Part shown: positions 22,331 to 31,873 of the stretch, in pieces
Position numbering within the stretch: the first letter of the stretch is position 1
How the letters are laid out: each line of letters opens with the position of its first letter
Translations under genes and position numbers: made by a program
The notes under the pieces: model-generated
What the model saw: only the letters and a program-made list of their open reading frames with translations
Databases searched by the model: none
What the model was told of the DNA's origin: nothing
Origin: an uncultured Alphaproteobacteria bacterium
Lineage (GTDB): Bacteria > Pseudomonadota > Alphaproteobacteria > Rhizobiales > Xanthobacteraceae
Direction of reading: 5' to 3'
Assembly (NCBI GenBank): GCA_963786015.1
Contig: CAWAXO010000009.1
Coordinates: forward strand, 12,855-76,854
Length of the DNA stretch: 64,000 nt

Positions 22331-22345
22331 TTAACCAAAACCTAA
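22331..22345. promoter_or_regulatory. Near-consensus CtrA box upstream of the enzyme cassette
   Basis: TTAA-CCAAAAC-CTAA about 60 bp upstream of ATG 22270. Confidence 0.5.
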
Positions 22346-24234
22346 TCCCCACCCCGTATGCTCAGGAACTTGGTCAGGCTCAATTGCGCGAGCATCGGCG
22401 GTGGTCTGGTAGGATGCCTGCAGGCTGTTCTGCAGCGCCAGGATCTGGCTCGCGACCTGGTCCTGCGAAATGCCCTCGGTCTGGTCCACCAGGCTTTGCA
22501 GCGCGCTCTGGGTCTGGGTCTGGCGCGCCTGCGCATCCTTCATGGCGTTTTGCGCGGCGGCGAAATCGGTCTGGATGTCCGAGATGGTCTGCTGGCCGGT
22601 CTGCGGCGTCAGGTTGGCCGCGGTGCGCTCGGACAGCGCTGCGACGGCAGCCGTCGAATTGGTGTTGCTCGGCGGAAACGTCACCGCGGCATAGACCGCG
22701 ATCGATTGCAGCTGCTGCCGGATCGCCTGCTCGTTCGCCTGTGCGCCGAACTGCACGGTCTGCGAGGAATCGACCCGCACGGTGGAGGAGCTTCGCGCAG
22801 AACCCGGTCCCGAATTGCCGGTGTACCAGGCGACCGTGTTGGCCGATCCGTTGACGAGGCTGGTCGCCGATCCCAATGGCGAGCCACTCACCCGTAGCGG
22901 CGGCTGGGTCGCCGTCACCGTGCCGCTGAAGCCGAGCGCTGCGAACGCGGTTGCGTTGTTGCTCGAGATCGACAGCGACGACGCATCGTCGGTGCGCAGC
23001 GTGACCACGCCGCCGCTGACGGTCGAGGGTTTCGAGGTCCCGGTGATCGCGTCGATCTTCGTCAGCAGCGTCTGGACGCTGTCGGTGACGTTGATCTGGT
23101 TGTTTCCGCGTCGCGCCCGACGCGACGAAGGTGATGGTCTGACCGTTGACCGTGATGGTGTTGCCGGCCGCAAAGTTCGCCGACAGCGAGTCCGTGCCCG
23201 CCGCGCCCGAGAGCGCCGTGGCGCCGGTGATCGGCGCTGGCGTCGCGAGCTTGTTGTTGACGACGCCGCCTGTCGCCGTGCTGTCGGTGTTGAAGAAATT
23301 GTCGCCGGCCTCGACCGCCGAAGCCGCCACCAGCTTGGTGCCGGCGAGCGTCGAGACCGCCGAATTCAGCGCGGAATTGAGGTTCGCCATGGTCGCCGCG
23401 GGGGTCGCGCCGATCGCGAAGCTGCCGGTCGGCGTCGGCGTCGCGCTCGACGCGGTCAACTGGATGGATTCGCTGGTGCCGTCCGGAAGATTGAAGTTGA
23501 AGGTGATCTGGTCACCGGAATTGGGATTGCCGGCGGTCATGTCGACCGACACCGACGGCGGTGAACCGGATGGCCCGGTCACCGTCGCGTTGGTGAGCGA
23601 CGACGTCACCGAGCCGAGCTTCAGGCCGAACGGCGAGCCCGCGACGTCCTCGGCCATGTTCACGGACGTGGTGGTCGGCGACGAGATCACCAGCCGTCCC
23701 AGTCCCGTTGGTGCCGAGATCGGCCTGCTGCCGCTCGGCGATCACCTGCTTCAGCCCGGCCTTGGTGCCGGTGCCGTTGAGGATGTCGTCGGAGGACGCC
23801 ACGGCCGGCGTGCTGATCGCGTTGCCGGAGAAGATGTAGCGGTCGCCGACCTGGGTGTTGAGAATGCCGACGATCGACGACAATTCCGACAGCGCGTTCT
23901 GCTGACCGATGGTCTGCCCGGTGCTGGTCAAATTCTGCGGCGACGCGGCCGCGTTGCTCTGCACCTGCCCGCCGGTCTCCGACAGGGACTGCAGCGCGGT
24001 GTTGGCCGACGAGATGATGGTGTTGACGTTGGTCATGGTGTCGCCGAACGCCGAGATGTTGGCAAGCTGCGACCGCGCCGCGATGGCAAAACCCTCGCTG
24101 GTCCCCATGCCCGCATAGTTGGTCGACTTGACGCCGGTCGAAAGCTGCGTCGACAGGTTCGACAATTGGTTGTTGATGTTGCGAACGGACTGACCGAGCA
24201 GCGAAGACGCGTAATTGATGCTGTTGATCGACAT
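22342..24234 (-). CDS. flgL: Hook-associated protein 3 (FlgL), long form (3 indels)
   Basis: LSTQLSTG.KS..YAG, LNTQVGDRYIFSG, C-terminal LQASYQTT.ML.QLSL.KFL; follows flgK. Confidence 0.85.
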
Positions 24235-24244
24235 ATCGAACGCC

Positions 24245-26113
24245 TTACGTTTGGGCCTGCAGCAGGCTGGTCATCATGTTCTGGACGACCGTCATGACGT
24301 GAGCATTGGCCGCATAGGTATTTTGCACCTGGATCAGTGTTGCCATCTCGGTGTCGATGTTGACCGCCGACGTGGAATCGAACTTCTGTTGCAGCGTCGA
24401 GACCACGACGCTCTGGCCCTGCTGCAATTGCGTCGCGACCGTGGAGGCATTGCCCTGCTGGCTGATGAATTGCTGCAGATAGCTTCCGATCGTGCCCTTG
24501 AACGGCTGTGAGGCCGAACCGAGCCCGGTCGACGGCGAATAGCTGAAGGTCTGCGACGTCAGTTGCGAGAACAGGAAGTCGGAGCGCGTGTTGTCGCCGG
24601 TCGCCGTCGACGCGCTGTAGACGCTCATCTTCGAGGGATCGGCGAGCAGCGCGGGATTGATCGAGATGCGGCCGGCAAGGCCCGTCATCTGCGACCCGGT
24701 CGCCGTAATCTGGCCCGTATAAAGCGAGTTGCCGTCGGTGAACAACGGGAGCTGCGGGTTGCCGCTTGCGAGCGAGGACACCGTCGTGGTCGACGAGGCC
24801 GCGTTCACGGACACCGAGCCCGAGCCGTCATCGGTGATGCGCAGCGTCGTGCTCGGCGGCGACGGATTGGAGAACTGCAGATGGTTCGCCGCAAGCGCGG
24901 TGTTGAGCTGCGACACCACCGACGTCATGCCGAGCGAGAAATTGACACCGACATAGAGCGGGTTGGCGTTGGCGCCGTTCTGCAGCGGCAGCGCGCCGGG
25001 CGCGGTCACGTTGACGATGCTGATCTGGCGCTGCGTGTTGGTCGCGGTGTCGGTGTAGGTCAGGTTGATCGAATTGCCTGGCTGCACATTCGCGGCGCTG
25101 ACGTCGAAGCCGGACGGCGGCCCAGCGACCGCCGTGCCCGCGGTGGTCTGGTCCGACAGCGACGAGGAGAGCGTCGCCGCCATCTGGTCGACCTGGGTCT
25201 GCGCCTGCACCAGCGTCTGATCGCGCAGCTTGAGGTCGGCGGCGATCTGCCCGGAGCTGATCGCATTCGTGGCCACGAGATCGATATTGGCGCCGTTGGG
25301 CAGACGGATGCTGAACGAGCCGACGCCGTTTTGCGCCGGGTTGGAATTATATAAAGACGACGCGGTCAGCGAGCCCGGCGAGGAGAACTTGAATTCCGAG
25401 GCCAGTCCCGCGCCGACGAGCTGGATGCCCGACGTCGTGAAGATGTTGGTCTGGTTCGCCGAGTCCGTCGTCACCTTGATGTCGACCAGCTTGGAGAGCT
25501 GGTTGATGGCGTTGTCGCGCTGATCCATCAGCGTCGCCGCGAGCGGATCGGTCGGCGCCAACCCCTGAAGCTGGGTGTTGATCTGCGCGATCTGCGTCAT
25601 CGCGGTATTGGCCTGATCGGCCGAGGTGCCGATGTCCTGATTGACATTGGTGCGCAGCGCCTGGATGCCCTGCGTCGTCGTGTTCAATTGCTGCGCCAGC
25701 GACTGCGCGGCCTGAAGCGCGACGCTCTGCGCAGACTGATTGCCCGGGTTGGTCGAGAGCGACTGCAGCGAGGCGGTGAAGTTGTTGAGCGTGCTTTCGA
25801 GCGTGCCGTCGCCGCCGGGCGTACCATAGACGCTCTGCAGCTGCCCCAGGATGTTGGAGATCTGGTCGGCGTAGCCGCCGCCCGCGGTCTCGGTGCGGAG
25901 CTGGCTCTGCACGAAGAGGTCGAGCTGGCGGTTGACGCCGGTGGTCGAGACGGTCGCGCCGTAAGTGCCGCTCGCGACCTCGATCTGGTTCGGATTCTGG
26001 GCGACGTAACCAGGCGTCTGCGCGTTGGCGACGTTCGACGAAATGATCGACAACGATGCCTGGTTGGCGCGCAGGCCCGACATCGCGGTGGCTAGGGCTG
26101 AACTCAAACCCAT
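24245..26113 (-). CDS. flgK: Flagellar hook-associated protein 1 FlgK
   Basis: L.TA.SGL.A.Q..L...S.NVANA.TPGY; VNIDTEM..LIQ.QN.Y.ANA.V. Confidence 0.95.
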   Translation of the reverse strand: MGLSSALATAMSGLRANQASLSIISSNVANAQTPGYVAQNPNQIEVASGTYGATVSTTGVNRQLDLFVQSQLRTETAGGGYADQISNILGQLQSVYGTPGGDGTLESTLNNFTASLQSLSTNPGNQSAQSVALQAAQSLAQQLNTTTQGIQALRTNVNQDIGTSADQANTAMTQIAQINTQLQGLAPTDPLAATLMDQRDNAINQLSKLVDIKVTTDSANQTNIFTTSGIQLVGAGLASEFKFSSPGSLTASSLYNSNPAQNGVGSFSIRLPNGANIDLVATNAISSGQIAADLKLRDQTLVQAQTQVDQMAATLSSSLSDQTTAGTAVAGPPSGFDVSAANVQPGNSINLTYTDTATNTQRQISIVNVTAPGALPLQNGANANPLYVGVNFSLGMTSVVSQLNTALAANHLQFSNPSPPSTTLRITDDGSGSVSVNAASSTTTVSSLASGNPQLPLFTDGNSLYTGQITATGSQMTGLAGRISINPALLADPSKMSVYSASTATGDNTRSDFLFSQLTSQTFSYSPSTGLGSASQPFKGTIGSYLQQFISQQGNASTVATQLQQGQSVVVSTLQQKFDSTSAVNIDTEMATLIQVQNTYAANAHVMTVVQNMMTSLLQAQT

Positions 26114-26165
26114 CTCAATGGCCCGCCTTCATAACGTCATGACCGAACTCGTGACCGGCTGACCA

Positions 26166-28001
26166 TCAGCGCAGCACGTTGAGGAGATCCTGCACCATGC
26201 TGTTGGCCGTGGTGATCACCTTGGTGTTCGCCGAATAGGCCTGCTGGGTCACGATCAGCTTGGTGAACTCGTCGGCGATGTCGGTGTTGGAGCCTTCCAG
26301 GGACGAGCCGCTGATCTTGCCGGAGGCGCCGATGATCGCAGGACCCGAAAGATCCGTCACTTCATAGGCGCCGCCGTCGAGCGCCTTCAGATAGTTGGTG
26401 CCGTTGAAGTGCGACAGCGTCACCGAGGCGAGGTTGATGTTCTGGCCGTTGGAGAAGGTGCCGACCACGAGGCCGGAATTGTTGATCGAGACCGACTGCA
26501 ACTGGCCCGCGGCGAAGCCGTTCTGCGAGATCGTGTTGATGGTCGCCGAACCGCTCGAGCTTGCGAATTGCGTCAGCCCGCCCGAGCTGATGTTGACCGT
26601 GATCGCGCCGAGCGATTGGCCGTCGACGACCACGCCGGGAATTGAAATCGCCGATCCCGTCGGCGAGGACAGCGAGCCGTTGGCGCTGAAGGTGAAGTTG
26701 GTGCCCGAGTTCACCCATGCGACCTGCGAGCCGGTCGCGGTGGTAGAGGTCTGGTAGAACAGATTCCAGGTGTCCTGGTGGCCCGTGCCGAGCGATGCGC
26801 TGTCGGTCTTGGCCCAGCGCATCTGCAGGTTCACGGGCGTGCCGGCCGCGTTGTAGGCCGTCACCGCGCCGCCGCTGATCGACTCGTTGGTGAACGCCGA
26901 CAGGTCGTTGCCGGTGACCACACCGGTGCCGGCGGTGCCGCCGCCGCCGCGCGCGGCGGTGACGGGCGACGTGAAGCCAAGTGAGTTGAACGCGGCGGCC
27001 CCGGACGAGGAAACCGAGATGTTGAGGTCCGCGGCGGTTCCGGAGTGCAGCGTGATCGCGCCGGTGGTGGCATTGATGGTCGGCGCGACGCCGGTGACGC
27101 CCTGGATCTTGGAAAGCAGCGTGCCGACGGTGTCGGAGATATCGATGTTGGTGCCTGTCGTGCCGGCCGTCGAACCCGTGTTGACGAAGGTGAATGTCGT
27201 GGTGCCGATCGTAATGGTGTTGCCGGCGGCAAAGGCCGTGGGCAGCGAGTTGCTGGGCGCGGTGCCAGACAGCGCGGTGGACGCCGAGATTGGCGCCGGC
27301 GTTGCCGCCTGGTTGAAGGCGGATGAGCCGGTGATGGTGTTGTCGGTGTAGGGCGCGGCCGGCGTGCCGACCGGCAGCGGATTGGACGCAAAGTCGGCGG
27401 GATTGATGCCGCCGGCTGCGGTGATGGTGCCGGTCGCGGCCGTGGTGCTCGACGGCGTCTTGGGCTGTGTCGGCAGGTTCGCCGCATATTGAACGGCGGT
27501 GGTCGCCTGCGCCGGAATGAAGTTGTTCTGGAATTGCAGAACCTGCGGCACGTTGCCGGTCGGATTGCCCGTCTTGGCGTCGACGCTGACGCCCATCAGA
27601 TAATAGCCGGCGCCGTTGACGAGGTTGCCGTTGGCGTTGACCTGAAAGTCGCCGCGACGCGTATAGTCGGTGACGCCGCTGAAGACCGGCACGTTGTCGA
27701 CGACCGAAGTCGCCTTCTGCACCGAGAAGAAGCCGTCGCCGTTGATGGCCATGTTGGTGCCGACGGTGGTCGTCGACACGGTGCCCTGGGTCGTGATGGT
27801 GGCCTGAGCAAGGGCGGTCACGCCGCCGGCGTTCTGCTTGCTCGGCGTCGTGGAGTCCGGAACGAGATCCTCGAAGGTGGTGTCGATGCCCTTGTAACCG
27901 GTGGTCGAGGCATTCGCGATATTGCCGGAAATGTTCTGCAGCGCGAAGGATTGCGCCTGCAGGCCGCCCACCGCAGTGTTCAGCGCGTCGAAGATACCCA
28001 T
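26166..28001 (-). CDS. flgE: Flagellar hook protein FlgE (long form)
   Basis: A.GGL.AQ...L.NIS.NIANA.T.GYK, MAINGDGFF, YTRRGDF, LEGSNTDIADEF.KLIVTQQAYSAN. Confidence 0.95.
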   Translation of the reverse strand: MGIFDALNTAVGGLQAQSFALQNISGNIANASTTGYKGIDTTFEDLVPDSTTPSKQNAGGVTALAQATITTQGTVSTTTVGTNMAINGDGFFSVQKATSVVDNVPVFSGVTDYTRRGDFQVNANGNLVNGAGYYLMGVSVDAKTGNPTGNVPQVLQFQNNFIPAQATTAVQYAANLPTQPKTPSSTTAATGTITAAGGINPADFASNPLPVGTPAAPYTDNTITGSSAFNQAATPAPISASTALSGTAPSNSLPTAFAAGNTITIGTTTFTFVNTGSTAGTTGTNIDISDTVGTLLSKIQGVTGVAPTINATTGAITLHSGTAADLNISVSSSGAAAFNSLGFTSPVTAARGGGGTAGTGVVTGNDLSAFTNESISGGAVTAYNAAGTPVNLQMRWAKTDSASLGTGHQDTWNLFYQTSTTATGSQVAWVNSGTNFTFSANGSLSSPTGSAISIPGVVVDGQSLGAITVNISSGGLTQFASSSGSATINTISQNGFAAGQLQSVSINNSGLVVGTFSNGQNINLASVTLSHFNGTNYLKALDGGAYEVTDLSGPAIIGASGKISGSSLEGSNTDIADEFTKLIVTQQAYSANTKVITTANSMVQDLLNVLR

Positions 28002-28067
28002 AACTCTGTCTCCACGTTCGATCCGGCGGCCGAGCCGACTGGTCGGCCGCAACTCGCGGGAGACACT

Positions 28068-28083
28068 CGCAAGCGCTGTGCCA
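28068..28083 (-). promoter_or_regulatory. sigma54 promoter of flgE-flgK-flgL
   Basis: Minus strand TGGCAC-AGCGC-TTGCG, canonical. Confidence 0.85.
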
Positions 28084-28101
28084 GCAGCCAAAGCGATGCA
28101 A

Positions 28102-28114
28102 AATCAATCGCTTG
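28102..28114 (+). promoter_or_regulatory. IHF site
   Basis: AATCAA-TCGC-TTG matches WATCAA-N4-TTR, between enhancer and promoter. Confidence 0.6.
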
Positions 28115-28137
28115 AATAAAAAGCCAAAGTCCGAAAA

Positions 28138-28173
28138 CCGGGGCATAATTGCCGGGGTCGGCAATATTTGCCG
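28138..28173. promoter_or_regulatory. Two ftr-like FlbD enhancers
   Basis: GGCA-TAAT-TGCCGGG and CGGCA-ATATT-TGCCG. Confidence 0.65.
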
Positions 28174-28243
28174 AATTTCGGTACCGTTTTTGCGGGGGTG
28201 AGCTTGGCCGTTGCCGGGCTTCCATCCCTCGGCGCACACAACT

Positions 28244-28343
28244 GTCATCGCCCGGCGAAGGCGGGCGATCCAGTATCGCAGAGACAGCGTTGGTTTGCTG
28301 AGAAGCCGCGGGGTACTGGATACCCCGCATGCGCGGGGATGAC
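28244..28343. repeat. REP-like palindromic pair (GTC...GAC type)
   Basis: GTCATCGCCCG..CGGGCGATCCAGTA ... TACTGGATACCCCGC..GCGGGGATGAC. Confidence 0.7.
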
Positions 28344-28366
28344 GAGCGGAGTGTGTCGCGGAGTAT

Positions 28367-28461
28367 CGTAGGATGGGTAGAGCCGAAGGCGAAACCCATC
28401 GGCCGCTGCCACCTGACATGCCGAACGAAGATGGGTTTCGCTACGCTCTACCCATCCTACG
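28367..28461. repeat. GTAG-type REP inverted pair
   Basis: CGTAGGATGGGTAGAGC..GCGAAACCCATC ... GATGGGTTTCGC..GCTCTACCCATCCTACG; second copy at 31782. Confidence 0.8.
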
Positions 28462-28478
28462 CGCCTCCGATTGTTCGC

Positions 28479-28979
28479 TCAGCTCGGCTGCGCCGCGGCC
28501 GGATGGAACGTCAGCGCAAAACCGTCCATGCAATAGCGCAGGCCGGTCGGCTTGGGGCCGTCGTCGAAGACGTGGCCGAGATGGCCGCCGCAACGGCGGC
28601 AATGCACTTCGGTCCGCGCCATGCCGAAGGTGCGGTCTTCCGTCGTGCCGACCGCGTTGTCGAGCGGCTTGAAGAAGCTCGGCCAGCCGGTGCCGCTCTC
28701 GAACTTGGTCTCGGAGGCGAACAGCGGCAGGTCGCAGCCGGCGCAGGCGAACGTGCCCTTGCGATGCTCCTTCAGCAGCGGGCTCGTGCCCGGCCGCTCG
28801 GTGCCCTGCCGGCGCAGGATCTCGTATTGCTGCGGCGTGAGCTGCGCCCGCCATTCGGCATCGGTCTTCTCGATCTCGAATTTCTCCGCCGCCTCGGCCG
28901 GCGAAGTCTTGAACCAGCGCAGGCAGGCAAAGCCGAGCACGGCGGCGACGGTGGAAAGCACGATACGGCGGTCAATCAT
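28479..28979 (-). CDS. msrB: Peptide-methionine (R)-S-oxide reductase with export signal
   Basis: GTERP, CAGC..PLF...KFESGTGWPSF, RTEVHC..CGGHLGHVF.DGP.PTGLRYC. Confidence 0.95.
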   Translation of the reverse strand: MIDRRIVLSTVAAVLGFACLRWFKTSPAEAAEKFEIEKTDAEWRAQLTPQQYEILRRQGTERPGTSPLLKEHRKGTFACAGCDLPLFASETKFESGTGWPSFFKPLDNAVGTTEDRTFGMARTEVHCRRCGGHLGHVFDDGPKPTGLRYCMDGFALTFHPAAAQPS

Positions 28980-29042
28980 GATTGTCTCCGGAGGCGCTAT
29001 TCAGGATTGTTCGCTGTGAAATACGAGGCCGGCCTGCCGAAG

Positions 29043-30647
29043 TTACATCGGCCGCGGCGAAAGTTTCTCACTTTCTTGCGAGATCGCACCGGCCGTGTTC
29101 CGGACAAAGTCATGTCCAGGCTTGGCCTGCGGCAATGTCCCAGGCAGAGGGTCCATGGGCTCGACCTGCCGCTCGCCGTCGCGGAGCTGGACCGGAGGCG
29201 GCGGCGCCGGTCGCACGGGCCGCGGTCGACCCGAAACCGGACGATTGGACGGCGGCCGGCTCGACGGCGAGCGCGGCGCCGCGGCAGCCCGAACCCCGGC
29301 CTGCCGGTTCGCCTCCGCAATCCGCGCCTCGCGAATGCGCTCCTTGACCCGCACGTGTTCCCGATGCCGGGCGAGCACGCCGGCGGCGGCGGAACTGCCC
29401 CGCCCCCACAAGCCTACCACCTGACCGGCGACCCGGCCGATCGGGCCGCCCGCCCACACCAGCTCGAACGGCGAGAACAGCCGCCACCGCTCATCGCCCC
29501 ACAGAATGCTGCGGGCGATCAACTGGCCGGCCATCGCGGAGGTATTCAAGCCCTGCCGGCCGAAGCCGCTCGCCACCCAGAGGCCTTTCCGCAACTGGCC
29601 GATCTGCGGCATGCCATGCACGGTCTGGCCGATCGCCCCGCTCCACATCTCGTCGATCTCGACCCGGCCGAGCCGCGGGAAGATGGTGCGGATGCGGCGC
29701 GCGACACTGCCGGCAAAATGCCGCGGCCGCATCGCCCAGGTGGTTTCCGGGCTTGCCCACATCAGCCGGTCGCCATCGACGATGCGGAAATGATCGATCC
29801 CATCGGTGTCGGCAACCGATCCCCTGAACTTGAGAACCTCGGCGAGCCGGCCGCCGAGCGGCACGGTGACGCCTGCGTAACGCCATACCGGCAACAGCGT
29901 ATCCGACAGGCGCTGCAGCGGCGCGCCGAGATGGACGTTTCCGGCGAGCACGATGTGGGTGGCGCGCAATCGCGCGGTCGGCGTGACGATGCGCTTGCGA
30001 ATGCCGGAGGAATCGATGCTGACGACCGGCGTATCCTCGAAAATCCGCGCCCCTGCCCGCCGCGCCAGTTCGGCGAGGCCGTGAACATATCTGTCGCCGT
30101 CGATCTGGAACGCCTTCGGATAATGGATGCCGTGAAAGTAGCGGCCGGTCTTCAGCTCGTCGCGTACGCGCTCGACCTGCCAGCCCTCCGCCTCCGTTGC
30201 GAAATCCTCATTCAGCATCTGCAGCCGGCCGATCAGCCGGTCGCCGGCATCGACATTGGAAACTTCGAGCGCGCCGTCGCTGGCATTGATGCCCGGTATC
30301 AATTCCTCGGTCGCAAGCCCCCTGATGAACTCGGCGCCCTCCTTCGACAGCGACCAGAGCTCGCGCGTGTCCTCGAAGCCGACACGCTCGATCAGCTCCG
30401 CGACCGGCAAGCCAAAGCCCGGCATCACCGTACCGAGATGATGGCCCGAGGCATTCCAGCCGATATGCCGTCCCTCGAGCACGGCGACGCTGGCGCCGAG
30501 CCGCGCGGTTTCCAGCGCGACCGTCAGGCCGGCGAGGCCGGCGCCGACGATGCAGATGTCGACATCCAGGTCGAAGGTCAGCCGCATGCGCTGACGCAAC
30601 GTTGCGGCGTCGGGCGCGCAGGTCGTGCTTGTCGATGTCTCGCTCAT
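29043..30647 (-). CDS. FAD-dependent oxidoreductase, DAO/PuuB-like
   Basis: DICIVGAGLAGL, IGWNASG, PQIG, GFGRQGL; Pro/Arg-rich tail. Confidence 0.85.
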   Translation of the reverse strand: MSETSTSTTCAPDAATLRQRMRLTFDLDVDICIVGAGLAGLTVALETARLGASVAVLEGRHIGWNASGHHLGTVMPGFGLPVAELIERVGFEDTRELWSLSKEGAEFIRGLATEELIPGINASDGALEVSNVDAGDRLIGRLQMLNEDFATEAEGWQVERVRDELKTGRYFHGIHYPKAFQIDGDRYVHGLAELARRAGARIFEDTPVVSIDSSGIRKRIVTPTARLRATHIVLAGNVHLGAPLQRLSDTLLPVWRYAGVTVPLGGRLAEVLKFRGSVADTDGIDHFRIVDGDRLMWASPETTWAMRPRHFAGSVARRIRTIFPRLGRVEIDEMWSGAIGQTVHGMPQIGQLRKGLWVASGFGRQGLNTSAMAGQLIARSILWGDERWRLFSPFELVWAGGPIGRVAGQVVGLWGRGSSAAAGVLARHREHVRVKERIREARIAEANRQAGVRAAAAPRSPSSRPPSNRPVSGRPRPVRPAPPPPVQLRDGERQVEPMDPLPGTLPQAKPGHDFVRNTAGAISQESEKLSPRPM

Positions 30648-30747
30648 GTCGTTTTCTTACGTAGGCTCTGTCAGCTTGTCACCTTGTCCTGAGCGTGAGC
30701 ATGTAGATTAATCGCTGGACCTGTGGCCGAATTGAGATTTACTGCCC

Positions 30748-31290
30748 ATGCGCCGTTTGCTGCTGCTGCGTCACGCCAAGACCGAAAGCGCCGCCCCCAC
30801 AGGCCGCGACCAGGATCGCAGGCTGGACGAACGCGGCCATCGCGACGCCGCCGAGATCGGCGGCTGGATCGCCCGGCATCCGCCATGTCCCGATCACGTC
30901 ATGGTGTCGCCCGCGATGCGCGCGAAGCAGACCTGGGAACTCGCCTGGGCTGCGATGAAGGACCAGGTGCCGCCGCCGCAGGTCGACTTTCTGCCCGAAC
31001 TCTATGGCGCCGACGCGGCACAGCTCCTGCAATCCATCCGCACCGCATCCGCGACCGATCCGAAACGGCTGCTGCTGGTCGGGCACAATCCGGGCCTGCA
31101 CGAACTGGCGCTGGCGCTCACAGGTGGCGGTGATGCGGCAGCGCGTCAGGCGCTCTACGACAATCTGCCGACCTCGGGCCTCGCCGTGTTCGACTTCCCA
31201 AGCGACGACTGGAACGACGTGGCGTTCCGTCGAGGGCAGCTCGTTCTCTTCGTCAGCCCGAAACTGTTGAAGCAGACGTCGGGAGACTGA
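30748..31290 (+). CDS. sixA: SixA-like histidine phosphatase
   Basis: LLLLRHAK, D.DRRL..RG, SPA.RA.QT, LLVGHNPG. Confidence 0.85.
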   Translation: MRRLLLLRHAKTESAAPTGRDQDRRLDERGHRDAAEIGGWIARHPPCPDHVMVSPAMRAKQTWELAWAAMKDQVPPPQVDFLPELYGADAAQLLQSIRTASATDPKRLLLVGHNPGLHELALALTGGGDAAARQALYDNLPTSGLAVFDFPSDDWNDVAFRRGQLVLFVSPKLLKQTSGD

Positions 31291-31336
31291 GACAGAAACA
31301 CAGTTTCTGGTACACTGACGGCAACAGGAGGCGGAG

Positions 31337-31762
31337 ATGTTCAAGTCCATCCTGGTGCCGCTCGATCTTGCCGACACCGATCTTGCCAAACCCGCGATCG
31401 CGACCGCGGCAACGCTGTCGAAAACCTGGAACGCCACGGTGCGCCTGCTCAACGTGCTGCCGATGACGCCGGTGATGCTCGCGGAATATGTGCCGGCGGA
31501 TTTCGATGCCCAGCAGCGCGAGGCCTCGGAAGAAGCGCTCGTCATCGTCGCACGCGAATCCGGCATCGAGGCGCCGCGCATTTCCAGCGTGGTGCGGCAA
31601 GGCGGCATCTATCACGAGATCCTCGAAGAGGCGCAGGCGATGAAGGCCGACCTGATCGTCATGACCTCGCACCGCCCCGCGATGCGGACCTATTTCCTCG
31701 GCTCCAACGCCGGCCACGTCGTGCGCTACGCCAAATGCTCGGTGCTGGTGGTGCGGCATTGA
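31337..31762 (+). CDS. Universal stress protein
   Basis: FKSILVPLD, ADLIVMTSH, LGSNAGHVVRYAKCSVLVVR. Confidence 0.92.
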   Translation: MFKSILVPLDLADTDLAKPAIATAATLSKTWNATVRLLNVLPMTPVMLAEYVPADFDAQQREASEEALVIVARESGIEAPRISSVVRQGGIYHEILEEAQAMKADLIVMTSHRPAMRTYFLGSNAGHVVRYAKCSVLVVRH

Positions 31763-31781
31763 AGGACAAACACGACCGCTT

Positions 31782-31873
31782 CGTAGGATGGGTTGAGCGA
31801 TCGCGAAACCCATCATCCAGCCGCTTGATCGGAACAACGTGATGGGTTTCGCCTTCGCTCTACCCATCCTACG
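31782..31873. repeat. GTAG-type REP inverted pair
   Basis: Same arms as 28367-28461, between convergent genes. Confidence 0.8.

Noticed and set aside
11104-24234. Programmed frameshifting or phase variation in flagellins, flgL and cassette genes
   Set aside because: The indels are at different, non-homologous positions in the two flagellins and are not in slippery or SSR tracts. Sequencing error is simpler.
26362-30692. Long alternative ORFs (26362-28419, 28329-30692; also 8266-9831, 17937-19994, 60576-62297, and 57692-59914 beyond 58891)
   Set aside because: Antisense or shifted-frame shadows of real genes, expected in high-GC DNA; no motifs.
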